Below, piece after piece: positions 18,462 to 29,959 of a stretch of DNA of 64,000 nucleotides. Position numbers and translations under genes: made by a program. The notes under the pieces were generated by a model. That model made no database searches, was not told the DNA's origin, and worked only from the letters and a program-made list of their open reading frames with translations. The stretch covers positions 43,534 to 107,533 of the forward strand of contig JADLGB010000006.1 of the NCBI GenBank assembly GCA_020849535.1, given 5' to 3'. The stretch comes from Candidatus Hydrogenedentota bacterium (GTDB lineage Bacteria > Hydrogenedentota > Hydrogenedentia > Hydrogenedentales > SLHB01). The stretch's first letter is position 1, and each line of letters opens with the position of its first letter.

Positions 18462-18612
18462 TCGGACGGATTGGACGGATCAGACCGATCGGACGGGGGC
18501 GAAGTTGCGGGCGGGCGCAGTGTGGCAGGCGCGCGGCAGCGAACCGGGCCGCTTGGCCGCGGTACCGCTGACCCATGACCGATCTGTCCGATCGGTCGGA
18601 TCCGTCCGATTG
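18462..18612. repeat. Intergenic element bounded by inverted copies of a 10-bp-periodic GGACGGATYGG repeat (member of a dispersed family).
   Basis: Left arm AATCGGACGGATTGGACGGATCAGACCGATCGGACGGGGG. Right arm is the inverted copy TGACCGATCTGTCCGATCGGTCGGATCCGTCCGATTG. It sits between convergent gene ends. Confidence 0.7.
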
Positions 18613-18642
18613 CGTGCGCGGCTGCTCGGCGGCCGCGGGCAC

Positions 18643-19734
18643 TCACACAAACAAGACCGCCTCGGCCATCAGGCCGGGGCCGAAGCCGAGGGCGACGCAG
18701 GGCCGTGGCGCTTTGCTGTCTCGCAGGCGCTTGAGGATGAACAGGATCGTCGGGGATGACATGTTGCCGTGATCGCGGAGGACTTCGCGGGAGACGGCGA
18801 GGGCTTCTCTGTCGAGTCCTAGGGCTTTGCTGGTTGAACTCAGGATGCGTGGCCCGCCCGGGTGAACAGCCCATGACCTTATGTCGTCTATTCCATACTC
18901 AAAGTCTGCTAACCATCCCTCTATCCACGGTTTCAGGTGGGTGCCGATGAGTTCGGGCACGCGGCTGGACAAGGACATGATGAACCCGTTGTTGCCGATG
19001 CGCCAGGTCATGGCGTCTTCGGAGTCGGGGATCAAACAAGAGCCGGTGGCGGCGACCTGCCAAGGGCCTTCGCCGACGACATCCGCGGCGGCACCGACGA
19101 TGGCGGCGGAACCATCGGCGAAGAGGGCGTTCGCGACGAGCTGGTCGGGATGCCAGCCGTAGTGATAATGCAGGCTGCACAACTCGACAGCGCACAGCAG
19201 CACGCGCGCACTGGGATCGCTCTCCGCGAATCCGCGCGCGGCGCGAAGTCCATTAAGCGCGCCGTGACACCCCATGAACCCGACGTGGACGCGCTGGGTC
19301 GTCGCGGGGAGACCCAGTTGCTTGATGAGTCCAATGTCTACACCGGGCGCGGCGAACCCGCTGCACGACACGGTGACCAGATGCGTGATTTCGCCGGGCT
19401 GAATCTGTGATGCGTCCAGCGCTTCCTGGGACGCCTGGACCGCCAATGGTAACGCTTCGCTTTCGTACTTGGCCATGCGCTCGCGGATGGATGGACCCAG
19501 TTGGCAGGCACCGTTGGGAGACGGAAAGAACGATACGCGGTTGGGCGTGCCTTCGGGTCCGTCGAGGACGACGGTGTGGCGTTTCTCCACGCCGGTCATT
19601 CTGTAAAGGAGTTTTAGTTGGCGCTTCTGCTCTTCCGTCTCGCAGAAGGCTTCTCGTGCGTACTCGACGGACTCCTCGAAGTTGATGGAGTGAGGGGGTA
19701 GCGCGGTGCCTTGTCCGAGAATCGAGAACTTCAT
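18643..19734 (-). CDS. Type III polyketide synthase (chalcone/stilbene synthase family).
   Basis: Start re-assigned to MKFSILGQ… (ATG at 19734). Catalytic Cys context reads VTVSCSGFAAPGVDIGL. It also has …GFMGCHGALNGL… and the C-terminal GFGPGL motif of type III PKS. The track ORF N-extension is spurious. Confidence 0.85.
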   Translation of the reverse strand: MKFSILGQGTALPPHSINFEESVEYAREAFCETEEQKRQLKLLYRMTGVEKRHTVVLDGPEGTPNRVSFFPSPNGACQLGPSIRERMAKYESEALPLAVQASQEALDASQIQPGEITHLVTVSCSGFAAPGVDIGLIKQLGLPATTQRVHVGFMGCHGALNGLRAARGFAESDPSARVLLCAVELCSLHYHYGWHPDQLVANALFADGSAAIVGAAADVVGEGPWQVAATGSCLIPDSEDAMTWRIGNNGFIMSLSSRVPELIGTHLKPWIEGWLADFEYGIDDIRSWAVHPGGPRILSSTSKALGLDREALAVSREVLRDHGNMSSPTILFILKRLRDSKAPRPCVALGFGPGLMAEAVLFV

Positions 19735-20918
19735 TGCGGTTGTACTCCCTGCGGTGGTCTGGGCAGTTGGTTCACATGACGAATGGCTGGTGCGGCCAGC
19801 CTGGGTGCGAATGAAACGAGGGCAACGAGCCCTTGAACGAGGGCCGGCCGGCGCAACGCGGCGGCCATGGCGCGACAGATAAACTGGCGCCGGGTCACGG
19901 TGCGTCTGTAGAGCTGTTCCCAGGCGTGGCCTGTGGAAGCGTCGAATTGGTCGATAGCCTGGTCCGCTAGCGGAGCGACGGCGAGGGCCGAGGTAAGGGC
20001 CCAGGCCATGCCTTCGCCGGTGAAGGGTTCGACGTAGCCCGCGGCGTCGCCGACGACAAGGGCGCGATGGGCGTGGAGCTGCGAGGCGGTCCGCGTGAGG
20101 GCGGGGGTACCGCGCCACGGCAGGTCTTCAATCGAGGGTAGTGGCGGGAATCCTGCCTCAAGCAGCACACGCTCTGCCGCACGGGCGAGACTTCCGGAGT
20201 CCTTGACAAACGCGGTGTCGAACGCCGCGGCGACATCGAGGCGTCCGTCTTCGACACGCGTGAGCCCGACGTAGCCGCCGGTGCCGCAGGCCATAAAGAT
20301 GGTACCCGGCGCGTAGGCGTCGGGCGCGTCTACGGCCATCGCACCCGCACCGATGCGGGAGTCCTCTGTGGACGGTGAGTCAAAGGCGTCCGTGCCGCGC
20401 AAGAGGCGGCCTCCGAGGCCGTCCGCGGCCAGCACCAGGCGCGCCGTGACGCGGTATTCTTTGCCGGCACAGCGGAGAAGGACAATCCGGTGGCTATCCG
20501 TCACGTCCGCGAGCGTGGCCTGAGCGCGCGGCAGGAAGTGCGCACCTGCCTGGACGGCGGCGTTCACGATTCCCGCGTCCAGCGTTTCGCGAGAGAGCGC
20601 GGAGTAACCGGGCAAAGGCAAGCTGGCGAAACGGCCGCGTGCCGCGACCCGGAGTGTGTCGAGCCGGACGGCCTCGTGCGCGGCGAGAAGCGCCCCGAGG
20701 CCAGCGAGTTGCAGGGCGCCTTGGGCGCGCGCGTTGATGCAGCAGCCGCAGACTTTCCAGCGCGGGAAGGCGGCCTTGTCCACAAGGAGCACGGAGCGTC
20801 CCCGACGCGCGAGTTGATGCGCGGCGAGCGCGCCAGCGCAACCAGCACCCACCACGACGGCGTCCCACAGGATGCAACTCGCGGCGTCGGGTTCGAGAGT
20901 GGGTGCGACAGGAGTCAT
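19731..20918 (-). CDS. FAD-dependent oxidoreductase (flavin monooxygenase / geranylgeranyl-reductase-like), overlapping the PKS start by 4 nt.
   Basis: N-terminal dinucleotide-binding motif DAVVVGAGCAGALAAHQLARRGRSVLLVDK. A GD-type motif (ALVVGDAAGYVEPFTGEGM) follows later. Confidence 0.75.
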   Translation of the reverse strand: MTPVAPTLEPDAASCILWDAVVVGAGCAGALAAHQLARRGRSVLLVDKAAFPRWKVCGCCINARAQGALQLAGLGALLAAHEAVRLDTLRVAARGRFASLPLPGYSALSRETLDAGIVNAAVQAGAHFLPRAQATLADVTDSHRIVLLRCAGKEYRVTARLVLAADGLGGRLLRGTDAFDSPSTEDSRIGAGAMAVDAPDAYAPGTIFMACGTGGYVGLTRVEDGRLDVAAAFDTAFVKDSGSLARAAERVLLEAGFPPLPSIEDLPWRGTPALTRTASQLHAHRALVVGDAAGYVEPFTGEGMAWALTSALAVAPLADQAIDQFDASTGHAWEQLYRRTVTRRQFICRAMAAALRRPALVQGLVALVSFAPRLAAPAIRHVNQLPRPPQGVQPQ

Positions 20919-21637
20919 GGGCGACTCCAGGTGAACAAGAAGCGATATGGCCATTGCCAGGAAATGTGGTGGCCGTGCAAGCCCGCTTCCGTGGCGAGAC
21001 GCCGGAATTCGTCGATCGTGAACGCGGCGGACACGGAGCTGGGGCCGTCATTGAGGACCACGTCGGAGCGAGTGAGGGTGCGGCAGGCGAGGTGGGCAAG
21101 CGCGAGACCCGCGCGACTTCGGATGAGGTCGCTGATAATGATCAGCTTGCAGGTTTGCGCCGCGCGCCGAAGGAAGACTCGAGCTTCCTCGTCGGTGAGA
21201 TGGTGCATGAAGAGTGCGCAGGTGATGGCGTCGTAACCTTCGGGAAGACCGTCCTGGATGACGTCGTGCGTGTAGAAATTCGCGTCGACGCGGTTGCGCC
21301 GGGCCGCATTCGAGGCATAGGCGACCGCGGTGTGGTTCCTATCGCAGCCGTCCACGGTGATAGGAAGATTCATGCGCGTGGCACGCTGGCGGAGGCCGAT
21401 GGCGATCTCGCCGCCACCCGATGCGACATCCAGCACGCGAAGCGGAACGCTTGGATGTTGAAGGGTCCATTGCTTCAATGGAGTCCAGAGTGCGGAGCAG
21501 GTGCGGCTAAGAAGGTTGATGCGTGAAAGTCCGCGCAGGGCTACGGCATGACGCGTGGAATCGAGACCGGGCTGGTCCATGATTTCGGGTTCGAGTTGTC
21601 TGACACGGACATTCGCGAAACTGGACATACCACCCAT
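20915..21637 (-). CDS. Class I SAM-dependent methyltransferase (O-methyltransferase-like), first gene of the PKS operon.
   Basis: Rossmann MT motif I reads VLDVASGGGEIAIGL, with an acidic post-II region. It overlaps the FAD oxidoreductase start (ATGA). Confidence 0.75.
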   Translation of the reverse strand: MGGMSSFANVRVRQLEPEIMDQPGLDSTRHAVALRGLSRINLLSRTCSALWTPLKQWTLQHPSVPLRVLDVASGGGEIAIGLRQRATRMNLPITVDGCDRNHTAVAYASNAARRNRVDANFYTHDVIQDGLPEGYDAITCALFMHHLTDEEARVFLRRAAQTCKLIIISDLIRSRAGLALAHLACRTLTRSDVVLNDGPSSVSAAFTIDEFRRLATEAGLHGHHISWQWPYRFLFTWSRP

Positions 21638-21781
21638 TCTCGGGCCTGTCGCATGGGGCTCGCAACAGGCGAAATACCTCAGTTACCCGAGTCTAGCCTG
21701 GATTCCTCACCAGTGAGCCTACGCGCCACTGCCAGAGCATATCTCACCGCCCACTACGTGGGGGGCTGTGAGATATGCGAT

Positions 21782-22117
21782 CTAATACCGGGGGATCGAA
21801 GGGTCCACGTGCACCGAGTAGGCGTTGATGCCGCCCGACATATTGAGTACGCGACTGAACCCTTGGCGTAAGAGGAAGCCCTGGGCATGGGCTGAACGTC
21901 CGCCATGATGACACATGACCACGATTTCCTTGTCACGCCACGCTTCGAGTTCATCCACCCGGCCTTGCAGCTTGTCGAGCGGAATATTCATACAATCGGA
22001 AAGCGAAGCCGTTTGAAGCTCCCCCGGTGTACGTACGTCCAACAGAAGAAAATCGGCGCCGGCTCTGCGTTTCTCGTGCAGTTCATGGGCTGTACATACA
22101 AGGTTTTGTTGCGTCAT
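21782..22117 (-). CDS. Single-domain rhodanese-like sulfurtransferase.
   Basis: Active-site loop VMCHHGGRSAHAQGFL (Cys-X-X-Gly-X-Arg), ~110 aa. Directly downstream of thiC. Confidence 0.7.
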   Translation of the reverse strand: MTQQNLVCTAHELHEKRRAGADFLLLDVRTPGELQTASLSDCMNIPLDKLQGRVDELEAWRDKEIVVMCHHGGRSAHAQGFLLRQGFSRVLNMSGGINAYSVHVDPSIPRY

Positions 22118-22193
22118 CGTTCTACCGCTTATAAATGCAAACAGCAGCCGCAGCCATGTCATCATTACACGAGAATTCCAGTGTGTGGTTCCT

Positions 22194-24254
<2,061 letters not shown>

Positions 24255-24348
24255 TTACAAGGCTACCACTGGAGGGGGGGGAAATCAAAGGTAATTGCGG
24301 GGAGGGTAGCAATAGGATACTATGGAGGCTATGGGCAAGATAGAGAAG

Positions 24349-24665
24349 AATCGGACGGATGGGACGGATCGGACCGATTGGACGGGGGAAGAGCACCGGC
24401 GCGTGCGCGCCAGTGGGGGCGGGTGATGGCGCTGCGGACGGCCCGCAAGGGGCCGAAGGCGGGGAGGCAATTCTGGGGGTGCTCGGGTTAACCTGAGTGT
24501 AAGGGGACGCGGGAGCTGGATGGGGGATGAGAAACGGCCCATGGGGCGCTCGGGACCAAAGGGACCAAAGGGACCAAAGGGACCAAAGGGTACGGGCGTG
24601 CCGCCCGTATAATGAGCTGGCTTCGCGGTCCGATTGGTCCGATCCGCCGGATCCGTCCGGTTCTT
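24349..24665. repeat. MITE-like intergenic element: GGACGGATYGG periodic repeat arms in inverted orientation flanking ~240 bp that contains (GGGACCAAA)x4.
   Basis: Left arm ~24349-24387 (AATCGGACGGATGGGACGGATCGGACCGATTGGACGGGGG), right inverted arm ~24627-24665, internal tandem 9-mer array ~24552-24590. Confidence 0.7.
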
Positions 24666-24763
24666 TGAACCATTCGCAGGGGAGGGCCGTCCTATAGTAG
24701 AGTGGCCGGGCAACGATCAGCCGTTGACGCGCCGATGGGCGCACGACATGAGGGGAAGATACC

Positions 24764-25687
24764 ATGAAGACCATGTTGGGTGTTCTGGGTTGGGTTGTGG
24801 CTATTGCAGCAGTTGTTGCCGCGGCGACGCTCTTCGCGAAGAATCGGGACCTTGAGGCCGAGCTGGGCACGTATCGCGATGAGGTCGCCCAATTGAGGGC
24901 GACAAGCGACCAGCAGGGTGCCGCGCATAATGAAGCACTGGCCGAGGCAGAGCGGCTACGGCAAGAGGTCGCCAAGGCCGAATCAGTTAGCCCATCGCCT
25001 TCGACGACGGATGAAGCGGCGGCAACGGCAGCGCCAGTAGATGAGACCGCGGCAGCCGAACCCGCCACCGAATCCCAGCCCAATCAAGGCAATTCCATCC
25101 AACGCGCGCAACGCGCTCAGATGGGGGTGCTGGTCGGCATGCAGTACAAGGGATTCCTGGACAACCTCGCGCTGCCCGAGGATACGATGACGAGCGTGAA
25201 CGATCTGCTGATTGACTCAACCATTGACGCGCAGCAGGCGATGGTCGAGGCGATGATGTCGGGCACGTCAAAAGCCAAGGACGCGAAAGCAAAGCAGGAC
25301 GCGATCGAAGCGCAATTGCGGGAGCAACTGGGAACAGTGCTCAATCAAGAGGAGATGGCGCAGTGGGATGCGTATCAGGAAGTCGCCGATGTGGCGCTGT
25401 ATGAGGCTTTGCTGGATGGTCAGTTGACGATGCTGGCGCCGGGCTTGTCGGAGGAAACGCGTGCCGCGGCGCGGACCATCCTCGCGGAAGACTTGGCCAC
25501 GGAACTGGACACCTTCTTTGAGTCCGACACCATCTACACGATGGACAGCTTCAATCAGGCGCAGCTTGCGGGATTGAATAATGGAATGGCGAGGATGCCC
25601 GAGACGATCAACGAAGAGCAGTACGGCCATCTCACCGGTTTCATCGACACGATCGCGGCGACCTTTCAGCAGATGAAGCAGAAGTAG
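24764..25687 (+). CDS. Hypothetical membrane-anchored coiled-coil protein.
   Basis: N-terminal TM helix (LGVLGWVVAIAAVVAAATLFA) followed by long Ala/Glu/Gln-rich helical sequence. No recognisable catalytic motif. Confidence 0.5.
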   Translation: MKTMLGVLGWVVAIAAVVAAATLFAKNRDLEAELGTYRDEVAQLRATSDQQGAAHNEALAEAERLRQEVAKAESVSPSPSTTDEAAATAAPVDETAAAEPATESQPNQGNSIQRAQRAQMGVLVGMQYKGFLDNLALPEDTMTSVNDLLIDSTIDAQQAMVEAMMSGTSKAKDAKAKQDAIEAQLREQLGTVLNQEEMAQWDAYQEVADVALYEALLDGQLTMLAPGLSEETRAAARTILAEDLATELDTFFESDTIYTMDSFNQAQLAGLNNGMARMPETINEEQYGHLTGFIDTIAATFQQMKQK

Positions 25688-25694
25688 ATCCTGA

Positions 25695-26909
25695 TTAGTT
25701 CTCGATGATCGCGGCGGAAGCATTCATGAGCGGCGCGTCGCCGTTCATTCCGTTCCCTTCGATTGTGAGCTTCGCGACACCGGGGCTGACGTAGAAGACC
25801 GCCGTTTGTTCCGGGGTCGTGTAGAACATGTTTCCCTGGATCAGGATGTCGCACGTGGACACCTCATATTCGGTGGTTTCGTCGATGCGGATCTCGCAAT
25901 CCTTATCGGCGTCGTTCTTGCGCCCGTTTGTTCTGAAAATGTTGCCAGTGACGATGATGCCTTCCACGTCGGGCGCCCACAGGCCCTCCCGGCCGCTGTT
26001 CGCGACGATGTTGTTGGCGAGCGTACAGCGGCGGCTATTGCGCTCGATGGTGCACCCGCGCGAGCCGTTCTCCAGGATGTGGTTGCCGGACGCGACGACA
26101 TCTTCGCAGCCTTCCAGGAAGTAACCGCCCATTTTGCTGCCCCGGACGACCGAGTTCACGAAACGGCCTCGGTGTGAGTGGAAGAAGTGGGTGCCGTCCG
26201 ACTGCGAGCCTTCAAACCAACAGGCATCGACGAGCCAGTCGTTCACGTAGTACATCGCGACGGCGCCCTGGTCTTCGCGTTTGCTGCCTTCGGCGGGGCC
26301 TCGGGGCGTGGCCAGGTAGTCGCCGTAGTAGTTGCAGCAGTTGTAGCCCCGGACCTCTTTCAGGGTTACGTTGCTCATCGGCTTGCTTTCCTCGCCGAAG
26401 AAACCAACGGCGTTGCTCGTGAGGTCGCGGCAGGTGAGATAGGCGATGCGGATGTCGTGGCAATCGCCGAGGACCCGCACACCAGCGATGTTCGTGCCGG
26501 GGGACCACTTGTCGCGACGTCCAATGATTTCGCCGCCGGAGAGAACTACGTTGGAGACGTTTTCCAAAAGGAAGGTCTGGCCGTCTTCCTTCACCTCGGC
26601 CTCCCACACTATCCGGACACCTTCCATGACGACCGTGCAGTTGCCAGGGATGCGAACGCCCTTGGGATCAGCGAATCGATATTCGCCGGGTGTGATGCGG
26701 AACTCGTGGTAGCCGGGCCCAGCCGCATCGAAGGCTTCCTGGAGCAGCCGTTGGTGAGCAGCGGCTTTCTTGGGCGAGAAGGGTCCGATCTCGCGAATTT
26801 CGCTGCTGACCGCAGCGGTCAATTGCGGCAAACACGCCATGACTGCAACCACGAACCACAAGGCTTTCCCCCTCGTATGCACGTCTGTACTCCTCTCCCC
26901 CGTTGTCAC
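25695..26909 (-). CDS. Secreted right-handed parallel beta-helix repeat protein (pectate-lyase/NosD-like fold).
   Basis: Signal peptide (LWFVVAVMACLPQLTAAVS). Repeated …GN.I.N… beta-helix turns (NIVANSG…, GIIVTGNIFR…, ILIQGNMFY…). Confidence 0.6.
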   Translation of the reverse strand: MTTGERSTDVHTRGKALWFVVAVMACLPQLTAAVSSEIREIGPFSPKKAAAHQRLLQEAFDAAGPGYHEFRITPGEYRFADPKGVRIPGNCTVVMEGVRIVWEAEVKEDGQTFLLENVSNVVLSGGEIIGRRDKWSPGTNIAGVRVLGDCHDIRIAYLTCRDLTSNAVGFFGEESKPMSNVTLKEVRGYNCCNYYGDYLATPRGPAEGSKREDQGAVAMYYVNDWLVDACWFEGSQSDGTHFFHSHRGRFVNSVVRGSKMGGYFLEGCEDVVASGNHILENGSRGCTIERNSRRCTLANNIVANSGREGLWAPDVEGIIVTGNIFRTNGRKNDADKDCEIRIDETTEYEVSTCDILIQGNMFYTTPEQTAVFYVSPGVAKLTIEGNGMNGDAPLMNASAAIIEN

Positions 26910-28006
26910 TCGATGGGCACCGGCGCTCCTTCGCGCAGACTCCAGCGCGAAAGCCCACGTCCGTATGCTTCAATCGGGGCGGCGCCCCATCGTTGAATGT
27001 AGTCCGCGTCGATCCACACGCCGAAGGTGGTGACGTGGCGGATGCCGCGCGAGGCGTAGAGGTCCAGGTCGTCGCGGAACACGGCATCGTTCCAAGGAAT
27101 ATCGGTAATCCGGTCGCGCTTCCATGAGGAAAAGCGGGACACATCGAGCCAGTATTCGAGCGCCTGCGCGTTGTCCTTACCGAAGTACTCGAGGTTGGCA
27201 TCGAGCGCGTCGAGCAAGCGGCCGTGGGTGATGGTGGCGGGGGTGCCGGTCGCATCGCGCTGGCGAAACGGCACATCGTAGCGACGTTCGATGGGCGCGA
27301 ATTCCAGGAAGATGCCGGGGTCGGGTTTCACCTGAGTGGGCGGGTCGAGGGTGTTGACGTAAGCAAGGTGCGCCAGGGTTGCGCTTGCGTGGATCTGACG
27401 TATTGCGCCAAGCACACGGTTCTCGAAAATCAGAGCTTGGTCGCAGTCCGAGTACGCACGGCATTCGGGACAGCGGCACATGGGCATGGCATCGTCTATC
27501 CAGAAGAAGTAGCGGCCGGAGGTCGAGGGTAAGGCTTTGGCGTAGGACACGGCATTCTCCGCGACGACGTCGAGGGCGGCCTTCGAATGGACGCAGAGGT
27601 TGTACTCGCGCACGCGCTCGCCCTGTTCGTTCATCCGGAACATAGACGGGTCCTTGTCAAAGAAATCGCGCGGGAGTAGGTCGCCCAGGGCGTGCAGTTC
27701 GTGCTCGACGGCGATGCCGTGGGTCTTGCAGCCATCGAGGAAGCGCTGGCCCGCCTCGGTCTTCACGAAGGCCGCGATTTCGCTGGGGGTGATGTGGGTC
27801 GCCAGCGTCGTGAGGCCCGCGGCCTTCGCCAGGGCGGGCCAGTCGTAGGTCTCCATGTCGCGGACGCCCAGAATCACACCCTGGGTGAGGAACCAGGGTG
27901 TGGCGGTCTGCGGCGCCGCGTGCGCGGCGAAAGGACATAGGGCGGCCACGCTGGCTGCCTTCAAGAAACTGCGGCGAGTGCGTGCACTTCGGTTGGGATC
28001 GTTCAT
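26906..28006 (-). CDS. Hypothetical Tat-secreted protein (Cys-rich CRCPEC motif), overlapping the beta-helix gene start (ATGA).
   Basis: Start re-assigned to MNDPNRSARTRRSFLKAASVAALCPFAAHA (twin-arginine motif). Upstream ORF extension covers REP-like repeats and is rejected. Confidence 0.55.
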   Translation of the reverse strand: MNDPNRSARTRRSFLKAASVAALCPFAAHAAPQTATPWFLTQGVILGVRDMETYDWPALAKAAGLTTLATHITPSEIAAFVKTEAGQRFLDGCKTHGIAVEHELHALGDLLPRDFFDKDPSMFRMNEQGERVREYNLCVHSKAALDVVAENAVSYAKALPSTSGRYFFWIDDAMPMCRCPECRAYSDCDQALIFENRVLGAIRQIHASATLAHLAYVNTLDPPTQVKPDPGIFLEFAPIERRYDVPFRQRDATGTPATITHGRLLDALDANLEYFGKDNAQALEYWLDVSRFSSWKRDRITDIPWNDAVFRDDLDLYASRGIRHVTTFGVWIDADYIQRWGAAPIEAYGRGLSRWSLREGAPVPIE

Positions 28007-28074
28007 GCCGGGAGTGTAGCAGGAATAGACAGACACGCGAAACGGAACGAGGAGCCATACATGATGCGCTCTTC

Positions 28075-28260
28075 GTAGGGCGGGATTGGGTCCCGCCTTC
28101 TTCAGGGTGGTAAGAGCAACTGGTTTGCTCAAGAGCCGGCAGGGATGCCGGCGCTCCTGGCAGGCGATCTTGGAGCTCCGGGATTCGGCGCCGTCAAATT
28201 GTGAGGAGAAATGGAAGAAGGCGGGAACCAATCCCGCCCTACGTAGAGCACTTCATATGG
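28075..28260. repeat. REP-like hairpin element (same family as 14568-14740) plus an inverted partial copy.
   Basis: GTAGGGCGGGATTGGGTCCCGCCTTCTTCAGG…GCTCAAGAGCCGGCAGGGATGCCGGCGCTCCTGG, and inverted GAAGGCGGGAACCAATCCCGCCCTACG at ~28218-28245. Confidence 0.75.
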
Positions 28261-28285
28261 TTATGGTGCAATTGCTTCGACGGAC

Positions 28286-29398
28286 CTACATCTTGGCGGC
28301 GAGTTTGGCTTCGCCGGGCTGGACGGATTCGACCTGGTTCTTGTGGATGCGGCGGTTCACGCCGTTGACTTCGATGTAGTAGAAGTCGCCTTCCTGGACG
28401 ACGCGGTCCGCGATTTGCACGTGGCCGCTCTTGAAGGTGACATTCTGCTTTGCGTCCGGCACGGGGGCCTTGGGCGCGGGTTTCGACGAGTTCTTCGCCA
28501 CTTTTTTCGGGAGCGTGGGGATTACCGGAGGCGTGCCCCCGACCGTGGCGTATGCGTAGCTGCCGCCACCGTTGTAAGCCCGCCATCTATCGAGTACGAG
28601 GCGCACGTAGTTCTGGGTCTCCGTGAAGGGCGGGATGCCGCCGTACTGCTTGACGTTTTCGGGACCGGCATTATATCCAGCCAGTGCGAAGGCCACGTTG
28701 CCTCCGAAGATGCCCATGAGTTTGGACATATATTGCGTGCCACCGGCGATGTTCTGCGCGGGGTCGAAGATGTTCTCGACGCCCATGTCCGCGGCGGTGC
28801 CGGGCATGAGCTGCATGAGGCCGCTGGCGCCCTTGTTCGAGACGGCCTTGGCATTTCCCCCACTCTCCACATTGATCATCGCGTGGACGAGGTTCTCATC
28901 CAGTCCATACTGCTTGGAGTACATGGTGACCAGCTCGTTGATCTGGGAGTCGCTGTAGATGGCCGGTGGGATGCGATAACGGTTCGGCACCACGATGGGA
29001 TCGAAGTCGATCTTGATTTCCTGGTAGCCATTGAGCTTCCGGTATTTGTACGTGCGGTTGGTCAACATGGGGACGCCGCCGTCCTTGGGCTGAAAGGCCC
29101 CCATGCCGGTGAGGCGTCCGGAGAGCTTGCGCTTCTCGAGGAGTTCGTTCTTCAGTTGTTCCTGGCGGCGGGCGCGGTTCAACTGATCGTTGCGCTCTTT
29201 ATGAGAGGACGGCACGGCTCCTGGAGCCCGGATCACGGCAGTACGATTCTGCACGGTGGACTGAGCTTGGGAAAGGGCGGGAAGGAAGAGAGAAATGGTA
29301 AGAACCAGCGCCAGGCAAGTGCCGCAACGGTAAAGCCACCCCGGGGCCGGTGCGTGCGATGAAGTTTCGCTCCCCATCATGTCAAGAGTATACCCCAT
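28286..29398 (-). CDS. Lytic transglycosylase (SLT domain) with signal peptide.
   Basis: SLT catalytic block …AMINVESGGNAKAVSNKGASGLMQLMPGTAADMGV… (ES-GLMQ motif) and AYNAGP. Confidence 0.8.
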   Translation of the reverse strand: MGYTLDMMGSETSSHAPAPGWLYRCGTCLALVLTISLFLPALSQAQSTVQNRTAVIRAPGAVPSSHKERNDQLNRARRQEQLKNELLEKRKLSGRLTGMGAFQPKDGGVPMLTNRTYKYRKLNGYQEIKIDFDPIVVPNRYRIPPAIYSDSQINELVTMYSKQYGLDENLVHAMINVESGGNAKAVSNKGASGLMQLMPGTAADMGVENIFDPAQNIAGGTQYMSKLMGIFGGNVAFALAGYNAGPENVKQYGGIPPFTETQNYVRLVLDRWRAYNGGGSYAYATVGGTPPVIPTLPKKVAKNSSKPAPKAPVPDAKQNVTFKSGHVQIADRVVQEGDFYYIEVNGVNRRIHKNQVESVQPGEAKLAAKM

Positions 29399-29478
29399 TG
29401 CCGTTTGCGTGACAAGAGAATCGTCGCAGAAACTACAGCCCCTTTACCGGTGAATAGCGTACCCGGTTTTGGGGGGAC

Positions 29479-29517
29479 TTGACAAGGGGCAAAAATTGTA
29501 TTAAAGTATTGATACAA
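29479..29517 (+). promoter_or_regulatory. Sigma70-type promoter (TTGACA-N17-TAAAGT) with an overlapping palindromic operator TTGTAT-N10-ATACAA, upstream of the GntR/ABC operon.
   Basis: Sequence CTTGACAAGGGGCAAAAATTGTATTAAAGTATTGATACAATCT. GAGGAG RBS precedes the ATG at 29543. Confidence 0.6.
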
Positions 29518-29542
29518 TCTAGGGACGAGGAGATCATACATC

Positions 29543-29959
29543 ATGCAGCTACACCTCTCTCCCAAAAACGGGGTCCCGCTCTACTTACAGATCGTGAGCC
29601 AGATCAAGTACCTCGTGGCGTCCGGGCGGCTGGCCGCGGGCGACGAAGTTCCCCCCATTCGCGTCCTGGCGGAGCAACTGCTCATCAACCCCAACACCGT
29701 GGCGCGCGCGTATCGCGAGTTGGAGATCGCGGGGCTGCTCACCAAACGGCAGGGCGCGGGGACCTACGTGTCGGACACGGGGTCGCCGCTGGCCTGGACG
29801 GAGCGGAAGCGGATTATCGAGGAGCGGACAACGGGCCTGGTGACGGAGGCCAGGCAATTGGATATTCCGGTGGAGGTCGTGGTGGAGATGGTCCACGAGA
29901 AGTTCTGGGCGCTTTCGGCAAGCCAAGGCGCGGACAAGGAGGGGTCGTCCAATGAGTGA
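29543..29959 (+). CDS. GntR family transcriptional regulator, short YtrA-like subtype.
   Basis: wHTH motif …GDEVPPIRVLAEQLLINPNTVARAYRELEIAGLLTKRQGAGTYV…; ~138 aa with a short C-terminal helical extension. Confidence 0.85.
   Translation: MQLHLSPKNGVPLYLQIVSQIKYLVASGRLAAGDEVPPIRVLAEQLLINPNTVARAYRELEIAGLLTKRQGAGTYVSDTGSPLAWTERKRIIEERTTGLVTEARQLDIPVEVVVEMVHEKFWALSASQGADKEGSSNE

Noticed and set aside
18643-20118. N-terminally extended track ORFs (e.g. PKS ORF extended to 20118, URO-D ORF to 12558, Tat protein ORF to 28231, sialidase ORF from 51657, 58174 and 59730 starts).
   Set aside because: The extensions overlap neighbouring genes or repeat elements and have Arg/Pro-rich nonsense translations. 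Internal ATGs preceded by Shine-Dalgarno-like sequences and followed by recognisable N-termini (signal peptides, family-typical starts) were chosen instead.
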